A stretch of 64,000 bases of DNA from an uncultured virus (IMG/VR IMGVR_UViG_3300008050_000020). Its lineage: Duplodnaviria > Heunggongvirae > Uroviricota > Caudoviricetes. Both the position numbers and the translations under genes were made by a program. Position 1 is the stretch's first letter. Each line of letters begins with the position of its first letter. Shown here piece by piece: positions 1-10,177 of the stretch. The stretch lies in the IMG/VR virus record IMGVR_UViG_3300008050_000020. The stretch is one strand, 5' to 3'. The notes beneath the pieces were generated by a model. It saw only the letters and a program-made list of their open reading frames with translations. It was not told the DNA's origin and searched no databases.

Positions 1-1
1 T

Positions 2-346
2 AAGACGCTTGCCAAGCGATTTCCGCAACTCGCGTCAGAAGATGATGTCTCTGTTCGCGACATCATTGCAGACGCCCAGAGCCGAATCGATCCCAAGGGA
101 AAGGGTCCCAAGATCTACCAGCGCATTGTCGACGGAGAAGAGATTCTTCTTCGCAATTGGAAGCTGATGTATCTTGATACTCAAAACCTGTCGGGAAATC
201 AGATTAAGCGCATTGAGCACGCAATTGATAATTTCAGCCCTGTGCGCGATAAGATGGGCCTCATGAGGAAGCTGGTGAAGGAGGGCATCTCCTCCTTCGA
301 TGCTGATCGCTTTTTCACAGTCTGCAGGACCTACCTCAGAGACTAA
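2..346 (+). CDS. C-terminal part of a 5'-3' exonuclease/flap endonuclease-like protein (truncated by window edge)
   Basis: Open frame KTLAKRFPQL...EEILLRNWKLMYL...TYLRD*, resembling the end of the H3TH region and the RNxxLxxL motif of PolA-type 5'-3' nucleases; lies just upstream of the helicase. Confidence 0.55.
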   Translation, partial: KTLAKRFPQLASEDDVSVRDIIADAQSRIDPKGKGPKIYQRIVDGEEILLRNWKLMYLDTQNLSGNQIKRIEHAIDNFSPVRDKMGLMRKLVKEGISSFDADRFFTVCRTYLRD

Positions 347-361
347 TCCCAAGAGGAAAGA

Positions 362-1768
362 ATGACCGACACACCTGGTCAGGGCACAGTTGTCCCTCAC
401 TTCAACAGGTACGATAAGCCCTTTCAGGAGAAGATCCTTCAGGCTCTACTGACTGACCGCGACTGGTCAGCTCAAATGGTCGAAGTGATGACTCCAGAGT
501 ACTTTGAGCTCAAGTATCTACACTTCCTGACCGAAAAGTACTTCGAGCACTTTCAGCGTCACCGGACATTCCCGTCCATCTCGCTCATTGCGGCGATGGT
601 CAAGGATGAGCTCCGCGGAACCGATGAGCGAATTCTCAAGCAGCAGATCGTTGAGTATCTTCATCGCATCAAGTTCACGCCGGCACTTCAAGATCTTGCG
701 GAGGTAAAGGATAGGACCATTGAGTTCTGTCGAAAGCAGGCGATGAAGGAGGCACTCACGCAGTGTGTGGATCTCATTGAGGAGGGAAAGAACGAGCAGG
801 TCACGGAGGTCATGAAGACTGCGCTTTCTGTGGGCGTTCCCACCTCTACAGGGCACGATTTCTTCGAAGACTTCGAAGCTCGGTTCGCGGCACAAACTCG
901 AGTACCTTGTCCGACGGGAATCCCACAGCTTGACCGAGAAGATGTTTTGGCGGGAGGTCTAGCTCGAGGAGAGCTGGGTGTCATTACTGCTAATACTGGT
1001 GTCGGCAAGTCTCACATGCTTGTCAATTTCGGAGCTCACGCACTTCGACAGGGCAAGAACGTACTCCACTACACGTTTGAGCTTTCAGAAACAAAAGTTG
1101 GACTTCGCTACGACTCCAATCTGTGTGACATTCCAAGCAACGAAGTGATTGTGAACAAGGAAACTGTTCGCAAGGCTTATGAAGGGATGGAACTGGGCCG
1201 GCTCATCATCAAGGAGTACCCGACTGGATCAGCGTCAGTTGTCACTTTGCGCTCTCACATTGAGAAGCTGCAAATGAAGGGTTTCAAGCCGTCCCTCATA
1301 CTTATCGATTACGCGGACATCATGCGGTCCACGCGAAGCTACGATTCAATGAGGCACGAGCTCAAGCTGATCTACGTTGAAGTCCGAAACCTTTCGCAAG
1401 AGCTTGGTGTCCCCATCTGGACTGCTAGTCAGGCCAACCGGGATTCTGCAAACTCTGAGATTGTGGGTCTTGAGAACATGGCTGAGGCGTATGGCAAGGC
1501 CATGGTCGCCGATGTTGTCATCTCGATCTCTCGAAAGGCGTCCGAGAAGGCAACTGGCTTCGGTCGACTGTTCGTTGCTAAGAATCGTGCTGGTCGAGAC
1601 GGCTTGCTCTTTCACATCAAGTTGGATACTGCACGGTCGAAGGTGACTGCTGCAGATCCAGATGAGGAGCAGACGTTTGCTGAGGCAGCGGTGCAAGACG
1701 AGGCATACAAAAAGACTCGTCTGACTGAGGCCTACAATGAACTCAAGGCTGAAATCGCGGCTAAGTGA
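362..1768 (+). CDS. dnaB: Replicative DnaB/T4 gp41-like helicase
   Basis: Walker A ANTGVGKS, Walker B ILIDYAD, WTASQANR, KNRAGRDG motifs. Confidence 0.93.
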   Translation: MTDTPGQGTVVPHFNRYDKPFQEKILQALLTDRDWSAQMVEVMTPEYFELKYLHFLTEKYFEHFQRHRTFPSISLIAAMVKDELRGTDERILKQQIVEYLHRIKFTPALQDLAEVKDRTIEFCRKQAMKEALTQCVDLIEEGKNEQVTEVMKTALSVGVPTSTGHDFFEDFEARFAAQTRVPCPTGIPQLDREDVLAGGLARGELGVITANTGVGKSHMLVNFGAHALRQGKNVLHYTFELSETKVGLRYDSNLCDIPSNEVIVNKETVRKAYEGMELGRLIIKEYPTGSASVVTLRSHIEKLQMKGFKPSLILIDYADIMRSTRSYDSMRHELKLIYVEVRNLSQELGVPIWTASQANRDSANSEIVGLENMAEAYGKAMVADVVISISRKASEKATGFGRLFVAKNRAGRDGLLFHIKLDTARSKVTAADPDEEQTFAEAAVQDEAYKKTRLTEAYNELKAEIAAK

Positions 1769-1830
1769 ACTGAGTATAGTATCGTGCCTGTAAAGTTCGC
1801 ATTGAACAGCGTACGCTCTGGAGAGGCCTA

Positions 1831-4800
1831 ATGGCGACATTGCAAGAAGTGACAGCAGCGTCACTCGACTATTTCAACGGCGACAAGCTCGCGGCAAACG
1901 TTTTTGCGACAAAGTATCCGTTGATGTCACCAGACGGCGACATTCTAGAAGTGACGCCCGATGATATGCATCGCCGGATGGCTCGGGAGTTTGCGCGAGT
2001 TGAGTCAAAGTACGCCAATCCCATGTCGGAAGATGACATCTACGAGCTCCTAAAGGACTTCAGATACGTTATCCCTCAGGGCTCTCCCATGTCTGGGATC
2101 GGGAACTCCCACCAGATTCAGTCATTGTCAAACTGCTTTGTCGTCGAGTCGCCCTATGACTCGTATGGCGGCATTATGAAGACTGATCAAGAGCTGGTTC
2201 AGATCATGAAGCGGAGAGGTGGAGTCGGGACCGATGTCTCTTCACTCCGCCCCGAAGGGATGGGCACTAGCAATGCTGCCAAGACCTCTACCGGCATCGT
2301 GTCCTTTATGGGTCGCTACTCGAACACAACTCGAGAAGTAGCACAGAACGGCCGGCGAGGGGCGCTGATGATCTCAGTGTCCATTCATCACCCGCAGATT
2401 CTGGACTTCATTCGGTCCAAGCGCAACCGAGATAAGGTCACGGGTGCCAACATCTCTATTCGTCTTACAGACGAGTTCATGGAGGCTGTGCTCGCCGACG
2501 AGGACTACGAAGTCCGATTCCCAGTTGACAGTGACACGCCTCTGGTTTCCCAGCGTGTTAGTGCAAAGGAGATCTGGGACGAGATTGTTGAGTCAGCTCA
2601 CCAGTACGCTGAGCCCGGACTGCTGTTCTGGGACAATGTCACTAAGTACTCACCTGCTGACATTTACGCCGATCTGGGGTTTAAGACAATCTCGACGAAT
2701 CCTTGCGTGACAGGCGACACGCTCATCGCTGTTGCCGATGGTCGAAACGCTGTACCCATTTCACAGCTTGCCGCCGAAGGAGTTGATGTTCCTGTCTACT
2801 CTGTTGATCCGAAGTCCGGAAAGACTGTTATCAAGATGGGACGAAATCCTCGAGCAACCAAGACAAATCAGCCGATTTGGAAGGTCACTCTCGACGATGG
2901 CTCAGTGCTTCGAGGGACGTATGATCACCGAATCCTGGTGAAGACTTCGAACGGCCGAGAATACGTTGAGCTCTACAAGTTGCAACCAGACGACAGCATT
3001 GTGCCGTTTAACTCGTTCAACTCAAACGGTTATCGGCAGGTCTGCAACACGGGAGCACCTCTCAAGGGAGAGGGCTTCAGGAATCGTCGTCAGTATCGAC
3101 TAGTTCACGAATTCTATGAAGGTGAAACTAACGCAAAGACTCACGCGATTCATCACCGGAATTTTGACAGTCTCAATGACTCGATTGACAACCTGGAGAT
3201 CATGTTGCACGAGGATCATCGAGCACTCCATGCAGATCGGATTCGCGGTGATCAAAATCCGTATCACCAGATGTCGAATGAGTGGAAAGAATCATTTGCT
3301 TCTCACTCTGGAGAGACCAATGGTCACTACAGTGGGCTTACGAATGAGGAGCTGATTTCTCTTGGGCGAGACGTCTATGCTCGAGAGGGCCGATTCACAA
3401 AGTGCCTCTGGGCCGACGCAGCAAAGTCTTCGGGCGCTCCGATTCATGTCGCAAACGACTTTCGATTCGGATCTTTCTCGAACTTCAAGAGTAGTGTGAT
3501 CGGAAACCACAAGGTTGTCTCAGTAGAACACACAATGGAGCGAGAGGATGTCTATAACATCACAGTCGATGACAACCATAACTACTGTGTAATTACATCA
3601 ACTGAGGATGATCGGTTCGTCAAGTCCTCGGGTATCTGCATCAAGAATTGCGGAGAAATTCCACTCTGCGCATACGATTCGTGTCGTTTGATGGTCATCA
3701 ATTTGCTGTCGTTTGTGCGAAATCCTTTCACGGATTTGAGTGCTTTCGATTTTAATGCCTTTTCGCTTGTTGTTCAGCAGGCCCAGCGGTTGATGGATGA
3801 CCTTATCGATCTTGAGCTCGAGCAGGTTGAAAAGATCATTGCCAAGATCGAGGCTGATCCTGAGCCAGACGATGTCAAGTAGGCAGAGCTCGACCTCTGG
3901 TGCAAGATTCGTGAGAAGGCTGTCAATGGTCGCCGGACAGGCCTGGGTGTAACAGCTGTTGGTGACATGCTGGCAGCACTGGGAATTCGTTACGGCTCTG
4001 ACGAGAGTATCGACTTTGTCGAGCAGGTCTACAAAAACCTCAATTTGAATGCTTACCGGTCGTCATGCCAACTTGCTAAGGAGCGGGGAGCGTTCCCGAT
4101 CTTTGACTTTGAACGTGAGCAAGGTCACCCATTCATGGAGCGTATCTGGGAGGCAAATCCCGAGCTTCGCGAGATGATGCGCGAATTTGGCCGACGGAAC
4201 ATCGCACTTCTCACTACTGCACCAGCAGGGTCGGTGAGCTTGATGACCAAGTCGGTGGGTGATTACTTTGGTGTCACTTCGGGTATTGAGCAGTCGACAT
4301 ATTTGAAGCTCACACGACGCAAGAAGATCATGCCAGGTGAAGATGTCCCTGTCGACTTCATTGACCAGAACGGTGATAAGTGGACTGAGTTCGATGTCTC
4401 TCACGCAGGATTCAAGGCTTGGGCCGAGATTACTGGGAACAGCACTGATGACGTGGAGAAGAGCCCTTATTGCGGCGCAACTATCGATGACGTTGATTGG
4501 GTTGCTAAGGTCAAGATGCAGGCAGCAGCACAGAAGTGGGTCTGTCACGCCATCTCAAACACTACAAACTTGCCTGAAGATGTCTCTCGAGAGGTTGTCT
4601 CGCAAGTCTACTTGGCCGGCTGGCAGTCGGGATGCAAGGGTGTCACTGTCTACCGAGAGGGTTCACGGACGGGAGTCATTGTCAAGGAGTCCGCAGCTAC
4701 ACCCGAGGACGTTCACGTTCCGCATTCTGCTGTCAAGCGCCCCGAAGAGCTCCCGTGCGAGATCCATCAAGTCTCCATCAAGGGTGAGAAGTGGACTATT

Positions 4801-5268
4801 CTCGTGGGTATGATGTCTGGACTTCCGTACGAAGTCATGGGCGGACTCTCTGAGATGATTGAGATTCCACGCAAGTACAAGCAAGGAACGCTGATCAAGC
4901 GAGCTCGAAAGACGATGCCATCGATTTACGATCTCAAGGTGGGAGAGAACGGAGACGAGTTCAAGATCAAGGACATCGTCGACGCCTTCGACAATCCAGA
5001 GCACTCCACGCACACTCGCCTGCTGTCGCTTGGGTTGCGCCACGGCGCCAGCGTCAATTATGTTGCTGAGCAGCTTCACAAGGGCGACAAGGAATCTGAT
5101 CTCTTCAGCTTCTCCAAGGTTCTTGCTCGCGTGCTCAAGAAGTACATTGATGACGGAACAAAGCCTGGCGGGTCAGCTAACTGTCCCGACTGTGGAGCTG
5201 AAGATTCAATGCGCTACACCGAAGGCTGCGTTGCTTGTCTGTCATGTGGCAGCAGTAAGTGTTCATGA
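1831..5268 (+). CDS. nrdJ: Class II (B12-dependent) ribonucleotide reductase with an intein and one in-frame TAG at 3880-3882
   Basis: PQGSP, SLSNCFV, RRGGVG, NP/CGE, RRTGLG, TTAPAGS, AISNTTNLP, KGVTVYREGSR and C-terminal CPDCG..CxxC motifs; ORFs 1831-3882 and 3967-5268 are in one frame and conserved sequence runs across the TAG. Confidence 0.88.
2704..3648 (+). mobile_element. Cis-splicing intein (315 aa) with HNH-type endonuclease in nrdJ
   Basis: Starts CVTGDTLI after NP, block B RGTYDHRI, HNH-like HHRNFDSLNDSIDNLEIMLHEDH, ends VYNITVDDNHNY...CIKN followed by the active-site CGE. Confidence 0.92.
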
Positions 5269-5290
5269 TTAACAAACTCTAGGAGAGAGC

Positions 5291-5596
5291 GTGAGCCCGA
5301 TTGACAATTTTGAAACCGATGTCCTCAACTCCGGCGTGCCAGTCTTGGTAGACTTTTACGCTGATTGGTGTAGCCCTTGTCGTGCGCTTGCACCCAAGCT
5401 GGACGCACTTAGTGAGATTCACGGTGAAGCTTTGCGAGTTGTCAAGGTTGACATTGAAGAGTTTCCTGATCTTGCTTCGCAGTACAGCATTCGAGCCCTT
5501 CCTACTCTGATGACTTTCAAGTCAGGAGAAGTGGTAGGCACACACGTCGGAATGGCAAGCAACGATCAGCTTAATGCCCTGGTTGGTGTCCTGTAA
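5291..5596 (+). CDS. trxA: Thioredoxin
   Basis: VLVDFYADWCSPC and IRALPTL motifs; follows nrdJ. Confidence 0.93.
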   Translation: MSPIDNFETDVLNSGVPVLVDFYADWCSPCRALAPKLDALSEIHGEALRVVKVDIEEFPDLASQYSIRALPTLMTFKSGEVVGTHVGMASNDQLNALVGVL

Positions 5597-5653
5597 TCAG
5601 CGTGCATCTAAGGTTTGCTGTGTAGTAAAATACAGCAGCATGACGAGGTGAAC

Positions 5654-6871
5654 ATGAGTCTCTCTTTTCTGTTTGAGGCCGAGCGACGCGAGAAGTTCCA
5701 GATGGACCTTCCAGCTGATTTGCTGAGCCTTGCCAAGGTCATTCGTAGCAAGGGTGAGCTTTTCGTCGTTGGTGGCGCTGTCCGCGATGTCCTCCTGGGC
5801 AAGGAGCCTAAGGATTACGACCTTGCAACTGACTTGCCGCCCGACGAGATCATCGCGCTCTTTCAAGGGCAGCCGGATCTTAAGATCGACCTTACGGGCA
5901 AAGATTTTGGCGTTGTTCGAATCTGGACTCCTGAGGGTAGCGAGTACGAGATTGCGACCTTCCGAGAAGACTTGGGAGACGGCCGGCGACCTGACGCGGT
6001 CCGCTGGGCAACGATTGAAGATGACGTCAAGCGACGGGACCTTACCGTCAATGCACTGTTCTTCGACATTGACAAGGGCGAGATCGTTGACCTTGTCGGC
6101 GGCATTGACGACCTGCAGAACGGTGTCATCCGCGCCGTTGGAGAGCCCTCTCTGCGATTTGAAGAGGATCCCCTGCGGACGCTTCGTGCAATCCGCTTTG
6201 CGGCAAGGATGGGCTCTGAGCTTGATCCTGAGACTTCCCGAGCAGTTGCTGCTGTTGCATCGAAAGCGTTGTCAGGTGTCTCTGCTGACCGAATCCAGGA
6301 TGAATTCGTCAAGGGCATCAAGAGTGCAGTAGATCCCGCGCAGTACGTAGAGCTGGCGAAGACACACAATCTTTTGCCTCACATCTTTCCGGGATTGACC
6401 ATCGCAACGACTGCTGTCCCGCGCTCAAGCCTCGAAGTTCAGCTGGCTACGATGCTCCTGGGGAACAACCCCAAGGTCGTCCAGCAAGTCTTTGCAAAGA
6501 TGCGTTTCAAAAGTGCGGTGTCAAACCAGACTGCGTTCCTTCTCCGGTTCGTCGAGATTGATTCCACGTCGGGCCCCAGCTTCAAGAAGGAGGCTAAGCG
6601 GTACAAAGTCACTGATGAGCAGCTACGACAGTTCTCAGCTGCTGTGGGTGCACCAGAGTCGCGGGTTGTTGAAGCTTTCATTCAGTTCTCGAAGCAAGGC
6701 CCAGCAGCCAATCCTCGGGATCTGATGGCTCAAGGAATCCAGGGCGCGGCGCTCGGCAAGGCGCTCAATGCAGCTGAGACGGAAGCATTCGTTTCGCTAC
6801 TCGGAGAGGCACTAAGAGCAACTCGAGTCTCCCAGGTACTAAGGCGAAAGATTCTTTCGGAGCTTGTGTAA
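5654..6871 (+). CDS. cca: CCA-adding enzyme / tRNA nucleotidyltransferase (class II)
   Basis: VGGAVRD, KDYDLAT, EIATFR, RRDLTVNAL, FEEDPLRTLRAIRFA motifs; GAGG RBS before ATG 5654. Confidence 0.9.
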   Translation: MSLSFLFEAERREKFQMDLPADLLSLAKVIRSKGELFVVGGAVRDVLLGKEPKDYDLATDLPPDEIIALFQGQPDLKIDLTGKDFGVVRIWTPEGSEYEIATFREDLGDGRRPDAVRWATIEDDVKRRDLTVNALFFDIDKGEIVDLVGGIDDLQNGVIRAVGEPSLRFEEDPLRTLRAIRFAARMGSELDPETSRAVAAVASKALSGVSADRIQDEFVKGIKSAVDPAQYVELAKTHNLLPHIFPGLTIATTAVPRSSLEVQLATMLLGNNPKVVQQVFAKMRFKSAVSNQTAFLLRFVEIDSTSGPSFKKEAKRYKVTDEQLRQFSAAVGAPESRVVEAFIQFSKQGPAANPRDLMAQGIQGAALGKALNAAETEAFVSLLGEALRATRVSQVLRRKILSELV

Positions 6872-6912
6872 ACCCACCTCCTCCTGTTGTAAGATATTTG
6901 AAGAGGTGGCAC

Positions 6913-7200
6913 ATGGCAGAAACTTTCTATCTCGGTTCCTGGGCGGGTTGGCCCGCAGATCTCGCTCGTGAGCTGGGAGCGACAGAAGAAGTTGTCAAAA
7001 ACGCAAAGGGTGAAGACTCCACCGTTTTTCTCGTCACGCTCGAAGCCGAACAGATTTTCGAATTGTCTCACAAATACGACGTGATGATTACCACACGATC
7101 AGAACACCTCTCCAGGAAGCAGCTTCGCCAAGGCGTAAAGGCACAAACATGGAGAACTCTCTGGATCGATACGCAGGGCCGCCGCTTCTCGGTGCGCTAA
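6913..7200 (+). CDS. Hypothetical protein
   Basis: ORF with RBS behind a sigma70-like promoter. Confidence 0.6.
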   Translation: MAETFYLGSWAGWPADLARELGATEEVVKNAKGEDSTVFLVTLEAEQIFELSHKYDVMITTRSEHLSRKQLRQGVKAQTWRTLWIDTQGRRFSVR

Positions 7201-7280
7201 ACAATTCAGCCTAGTATCCACTCGGATTGAGTTCTTCTAGCTCTCTCTGATTGACCCATCTATCTCTAGCAGCATCCAGG

Positions 7281-7502
7281 ATGACCTTCATGAGCAACGA
7301 AAACACCAGCCCCGCTGCTACTAGCAAGCCCACGATTCTCTTGGTCTTTGACTCGGATGCAGATCGTCTGGAGTTCATCGGTCGCTACACGAATTCGGGG
7401 GAGCAGGAGATTGGCATCTATGCTTCGCCTATGGACAAGTCCGCGTCGTATCCCGAGAATTGGTACACGATGAAGATGGAAGTCGAAGAGCAGGAGTACT
7501 AA
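7281..7502 (+). CDS. Hypothetical protein
   Basis: Short ORF in gene string. Confidence 0.5.
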   Translation: MTFMSNENTSPAATSKPTILLVFDSDADRLEFIGRYTNSGEQEIGIYASPMDKSASYPENWYTMKMEVEEQEY

Positions 7503-7503
7503 G

Positions 7504-7749
7504 TTGGATAACGTTTTTTGGCAACATGAACTTCGTGAAGCTGCATGCTTTGGCAGTGTCGACGACATCGAACTAGACGCAACGCGCCCGACGCCCGAAA
7601 ATCCCACGCCATATGGCTACGATGTCAGTCATAGCATTCACGGTTCTTGGCAAGTTGCATCTGTGTCTGTGATTTTCAACAATACAGTTCTCATTGTCTG
7701 GAAGCGCCTCCTCATCGAGATTGACTCTCCGGAGAGGATGGAGCCGTGA
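7504..7749 (+). CDS. Hypothetical protein
   Basis: Abuts both neighbours. Confidence 0.5.
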   Translation: MDNVFWQHELREAACFGSVDDIELDATRPTPENPTPYGYDVSHSIHGSWQVASVSVIFNNTVLIVWKRLLIEIDSPERMEP

Positions 7750-8321
7750 ACAGCAAAGCTAAGCTTATCAAGGAAATTACGCAAGACGTCCATGAGAAGT
7801 GGAAGCCAGTTCTTGATGAAGAGATTCCCGACGATAGCTTAGCAGAGATCTATTCCAAAGTCCTGGGATCGATGAAGCCCAAGTGGAATGTCGACGATCT
7901 TGTTGAGATCTGGATCAAGAGTCCTGCGATTGGCTTGATCATTAGTCGAAGCTATCGAACTACTTCGATGACTTACGTGTACGAAGTTCTCGCTGATGGA
8001 GAACTCCACGAAAGACGAGAGTCTAAGGTTTATGACATTGGCAAATCAGAGCAGCCCTTCTCATTTCCGAAGATTACAAACCCACCACACCAACTGATCC
8101 CTCAAGACATCATCAAAGTGCAACCGATGACTGCACCCAAGGGAAACATTTTTTACCTTGACTACACCTACGGAGACAAAGACAATGAGCAAGTTGAGCC
8201 GACCCTCACAGCTGAGAGCAGTACAGAACGAATCGTTTCTGCTGTTCAAGAAGAAGAATCAGGACTATGGGGACGCATTTGCGGACTTTGGTCCCGTTGG
8301 CGTTCTGGTTCGCCTGGGTGA
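7746..8321 (+). CDS. Hypothetical protein with a segment resembling T4 gp23-type major capsid proteins
   Basis: LIPQDIIKVQPMTAPKGNIFYLDYTYG resembles the conserved VQPMxxPxGxIF segment of gp23. Confidence 0.55.
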   Translation: MNSKAKLIKEITQDVHEKWKPVLDEEIPDDSLAEIYSKVLGSMKPKWNVDDLVEIWIKSPAIGLIISRSYRTTSMTYVYEVLADGELHERRESKVYDIGKSEQPFSFPKITNPPHQLIPQDIIKVQPMTAPKGNIFYLDYTYGDKDNEQVEPTLTAESSTERIVSAVQEEESGLWGRICGLWSRWRSGSPG

Positions 8322-8616
8322 CAAGCTTCGTCGCTTCACTTCGATCACGCAGTCGGGTGTGGCACTTGTCGATGACGAGAGTCTACGCGATACCCTCATT
8401 GATCTTCACAACTACGCAGCAATGGCAGTCATTCTGATGGATGAGACTGCTGTCGACGCCGAAGACTTGGGTCCCGAATCAACGGACTTTGAAGATGCGT
8501 TTGACGATTTGCTTGACACGCTATCTTGTGAGACCTCTTCGCCAGTTGACGATCGCGATATGCTTTCGAAGACTTGTGACGCCTTTGATCAGATGATCCA
8601 GAATGGTGAGGACTGA
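8185..8616 (+). CDS. DUF1599 / nucleotide-modification-associated domain 1-like protein
   Basis: KKNQDYG, RLGDKLRR, ESLRDTLIDLHNYA motifs; GGAG before ATG 8185. Confidence 0.75.
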   Translation: MSKLSRPSQLRAVQNESFLLFKKKNQDYGDAFADFGPVGVLVRLGDKLRRFTSITQSGVALVDDESLRDTLIDLHNYAAMAVILMDETAVDAEDLGPESTDFEDAFDDLLDTLSCETSSPVDDRDMLSKTCDAFDQMIQNGED

Positions 8617-8639
8617 TGCCTGAAAGACCGATCCCTTAG
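8616..8639 (+). pseudogene. Probable orphaned original 5' end of fpg (ATG CCT GAA = MPE)
   Basis: TGATG-coupled start with GAGG RBS encoding MPE, the Fpg N-terminus; the same CCTGAA recurs at 9302-9307 after the endonuclease. Confidence 0.55.
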
Positions 8640-8666
8640 GCATAGTTACTTCTTGACGGAGTAACA

Positions 8667-9290
8667 ATGAAGCATGTCATTTATTTGACAACGAATTTGG
8701 CCAATGGAAAGAAGTACATCGGTCGTTGTTCAAAGATGGATCGATGGGAGGCTGGGTACTTAGGCTCTGGTACCCTCCTCAAGAAGGCAATTAAAAAGTA
8801 CGGAAGAGATTCTTTTGAGAGAGAGATTCTCGAAGTTGTTGAAGGTTCTCTTCGAGAAGCTATCGATTCTGAGTGTGCCTGGCTTGCTAAAATGAACGTT
8901 GTTGAGGATTCTACGTTCTACAATATGTCCAGCAATGCAGGTGGCTTCGGTGTCGGAGATACTCACAGTGTCGAGACTAAGAAGAGACTATCAGATGCCA
9001 TGAAGCATTATGCTATCGACGGTTTGCCATTGTCGCATCGTGAAAATGTTGTCAATGCTCTTAAAGGTCGAACACCCTGGAACAAGGGATATCGAATGAC
9101 TGTGGCTGAAAAGCAAGAGCTTCGCTTAAAGCGACGAAAGGGCATCAAACTGTCGATATCTGACGTTGAAGACATTAGAGAGCGATACGATTCGGGTGAA
9201 TCGGCATCTCGTATTGCAGCAAGCTATAACGCGTCACATCACACGATTTTGAAGGTCGTGAGAAAAATAGGAAAGTACAATGACATGTGA
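8667..9290 (+). CDS. Free-standing GIY-YIG (Seg-like) homing endonuclease
   Basis: VIYLTTNLANGKKYIG, YLGSG, FYN motifs; NUMOD3-like HSVETKKRLS; C-terminal HTH-like segment; AT-richer than flanks. Confidence 0.88.
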   Translation: MKHVIYLTTNLANGKKYIGRCSKMDRWEAGYLGSGTLLKKAIKKYGRDSFEREILEVVEGSLREAIDSECAWLAKMNVVEDSTFYNMSSNAGGFGVGDTHSVETKKRLSDAMKHYAIDGLPLSHRENVVNALKGRTPWNKGYRMTVAEKQELRLKRRKGIKLSISDVEDIRERYDSGESASRIAASYNASHHTILKVVRKIGKYNDM

Positions 9291-9298
9291 GGTGTATC

Positions 9299-10129
9299 AT
9301 TCCTGAAGCTCCAGAAGTTCGGACAATCGTGAATGGGCTTCAGAAGATCATCGAGGGCCGCGACCTCGTTCGAGTCCAGATTCTTGGAGGGCGTTTCACA
9401 AAGACACCACCAAAGGGCTGGACAGACTTCAAGAATGCTCTTGGCATCGGCCCTCTCAAGGTCGAGAAGGTCGGTTGCAAGGGGAAGTTCATTTACTGGG
9501 AGTTCGAAGAAGGCTGGTCGATGTGGTGCTCTCTTGCAATGACGGGGCGATGGACCCGGACAAGAGAGAAGCATGCCGCGATTCGTTTTTTGCACGTCAA
9601 AAATGGACCCACATCGACCCCTTCACCGGCACAGCGAGCGTTGTACTTTGACGACATGCGTCATCAGGGCAGCATTAGATTCGTTGAGGGCAAGGAGCTT
9701 CTAGAAAAGCGTCTGTCACAACTCGGCGTCGACATGCTCCAGGAAGACCCGGGACCCGAATTATTCAAGGCCCTCATTCAGAAGAAGCCTGATCAGCAAA
9801 TCACGAAGGTGCTGATGAATCAAAAGCTGATTGCTGGAGTGGGAAACTACATCAAGGCAGATGCTCTTTATCTTTCAAAGATCTCGCCGCACCGAACAGC
9901 AGGCAGTCTTACAGATAGCGAGCTTGTAGCTCTTCGAGAGTCAATTCGATCGGTCATGCTAGTCAGCTACGAAATGGGTGGTCATGCAATTCGTGACTAT
10001 GCTGCTGACGGTCTTGGGTACGAGTCACCTTGTTACGGTCGCAAGGCTGACGAACACGGTAATGCTATCGTCAAAGAGAAGACTGATGACGGGCGAACTA
10101 CTCACTGGTGCCCTAGCATTCAAGTCTGA
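9299..10129 (+). CDS. fpg: Formamidopyrimidine-DNA glycosylase / Nei family; probable ATT start
   Basis: PEAPEV N-terminus, GKFI, LAMTG, LMNQKLIAGVGNYIK (H2TH), GRTTHWCP; GAGGTG RBS precedes ATT-CCT-GAA. Confidence 0.88.
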   Translation: MPEAPEVRTIVNGLQKIIEGRDLVRVQILGGRFTKTPPKGWTDFKNALGIGPLKVEKVGCKGKFIYWEFEEGWSMWCSLAMTGRWTRTREKHAAIRFLHVKNGPTSTPSPAQRALYFDDMRHQGSIRFVEGKELLEKRLSQLGVDMLQEDPGPELFKALIQKKPDQQITKVLMNQKLIAGVGNYIKADALYLSKISPHRTAGSLTDSELVALRESIRSVMLVSYEMGGHAIRDYAADGLGYESPCYGRKADEHGNAIVKEKTDDGRTTHWCPSIQV

Positions 10130-10177
10130 AACACGCCCACAGAGGCGTAGTATGATAAAGCATTCACGGAGGACCTA

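Noticed and set aside
8622..9304. Group I intron in fpg
   Set aside because: Only about 45 nt upstream and 10 nt downstream flank the endonuclease ORF, too little for a ribozyme core, and a U|...G junction at the CCTGAA repeat would shift the frame.
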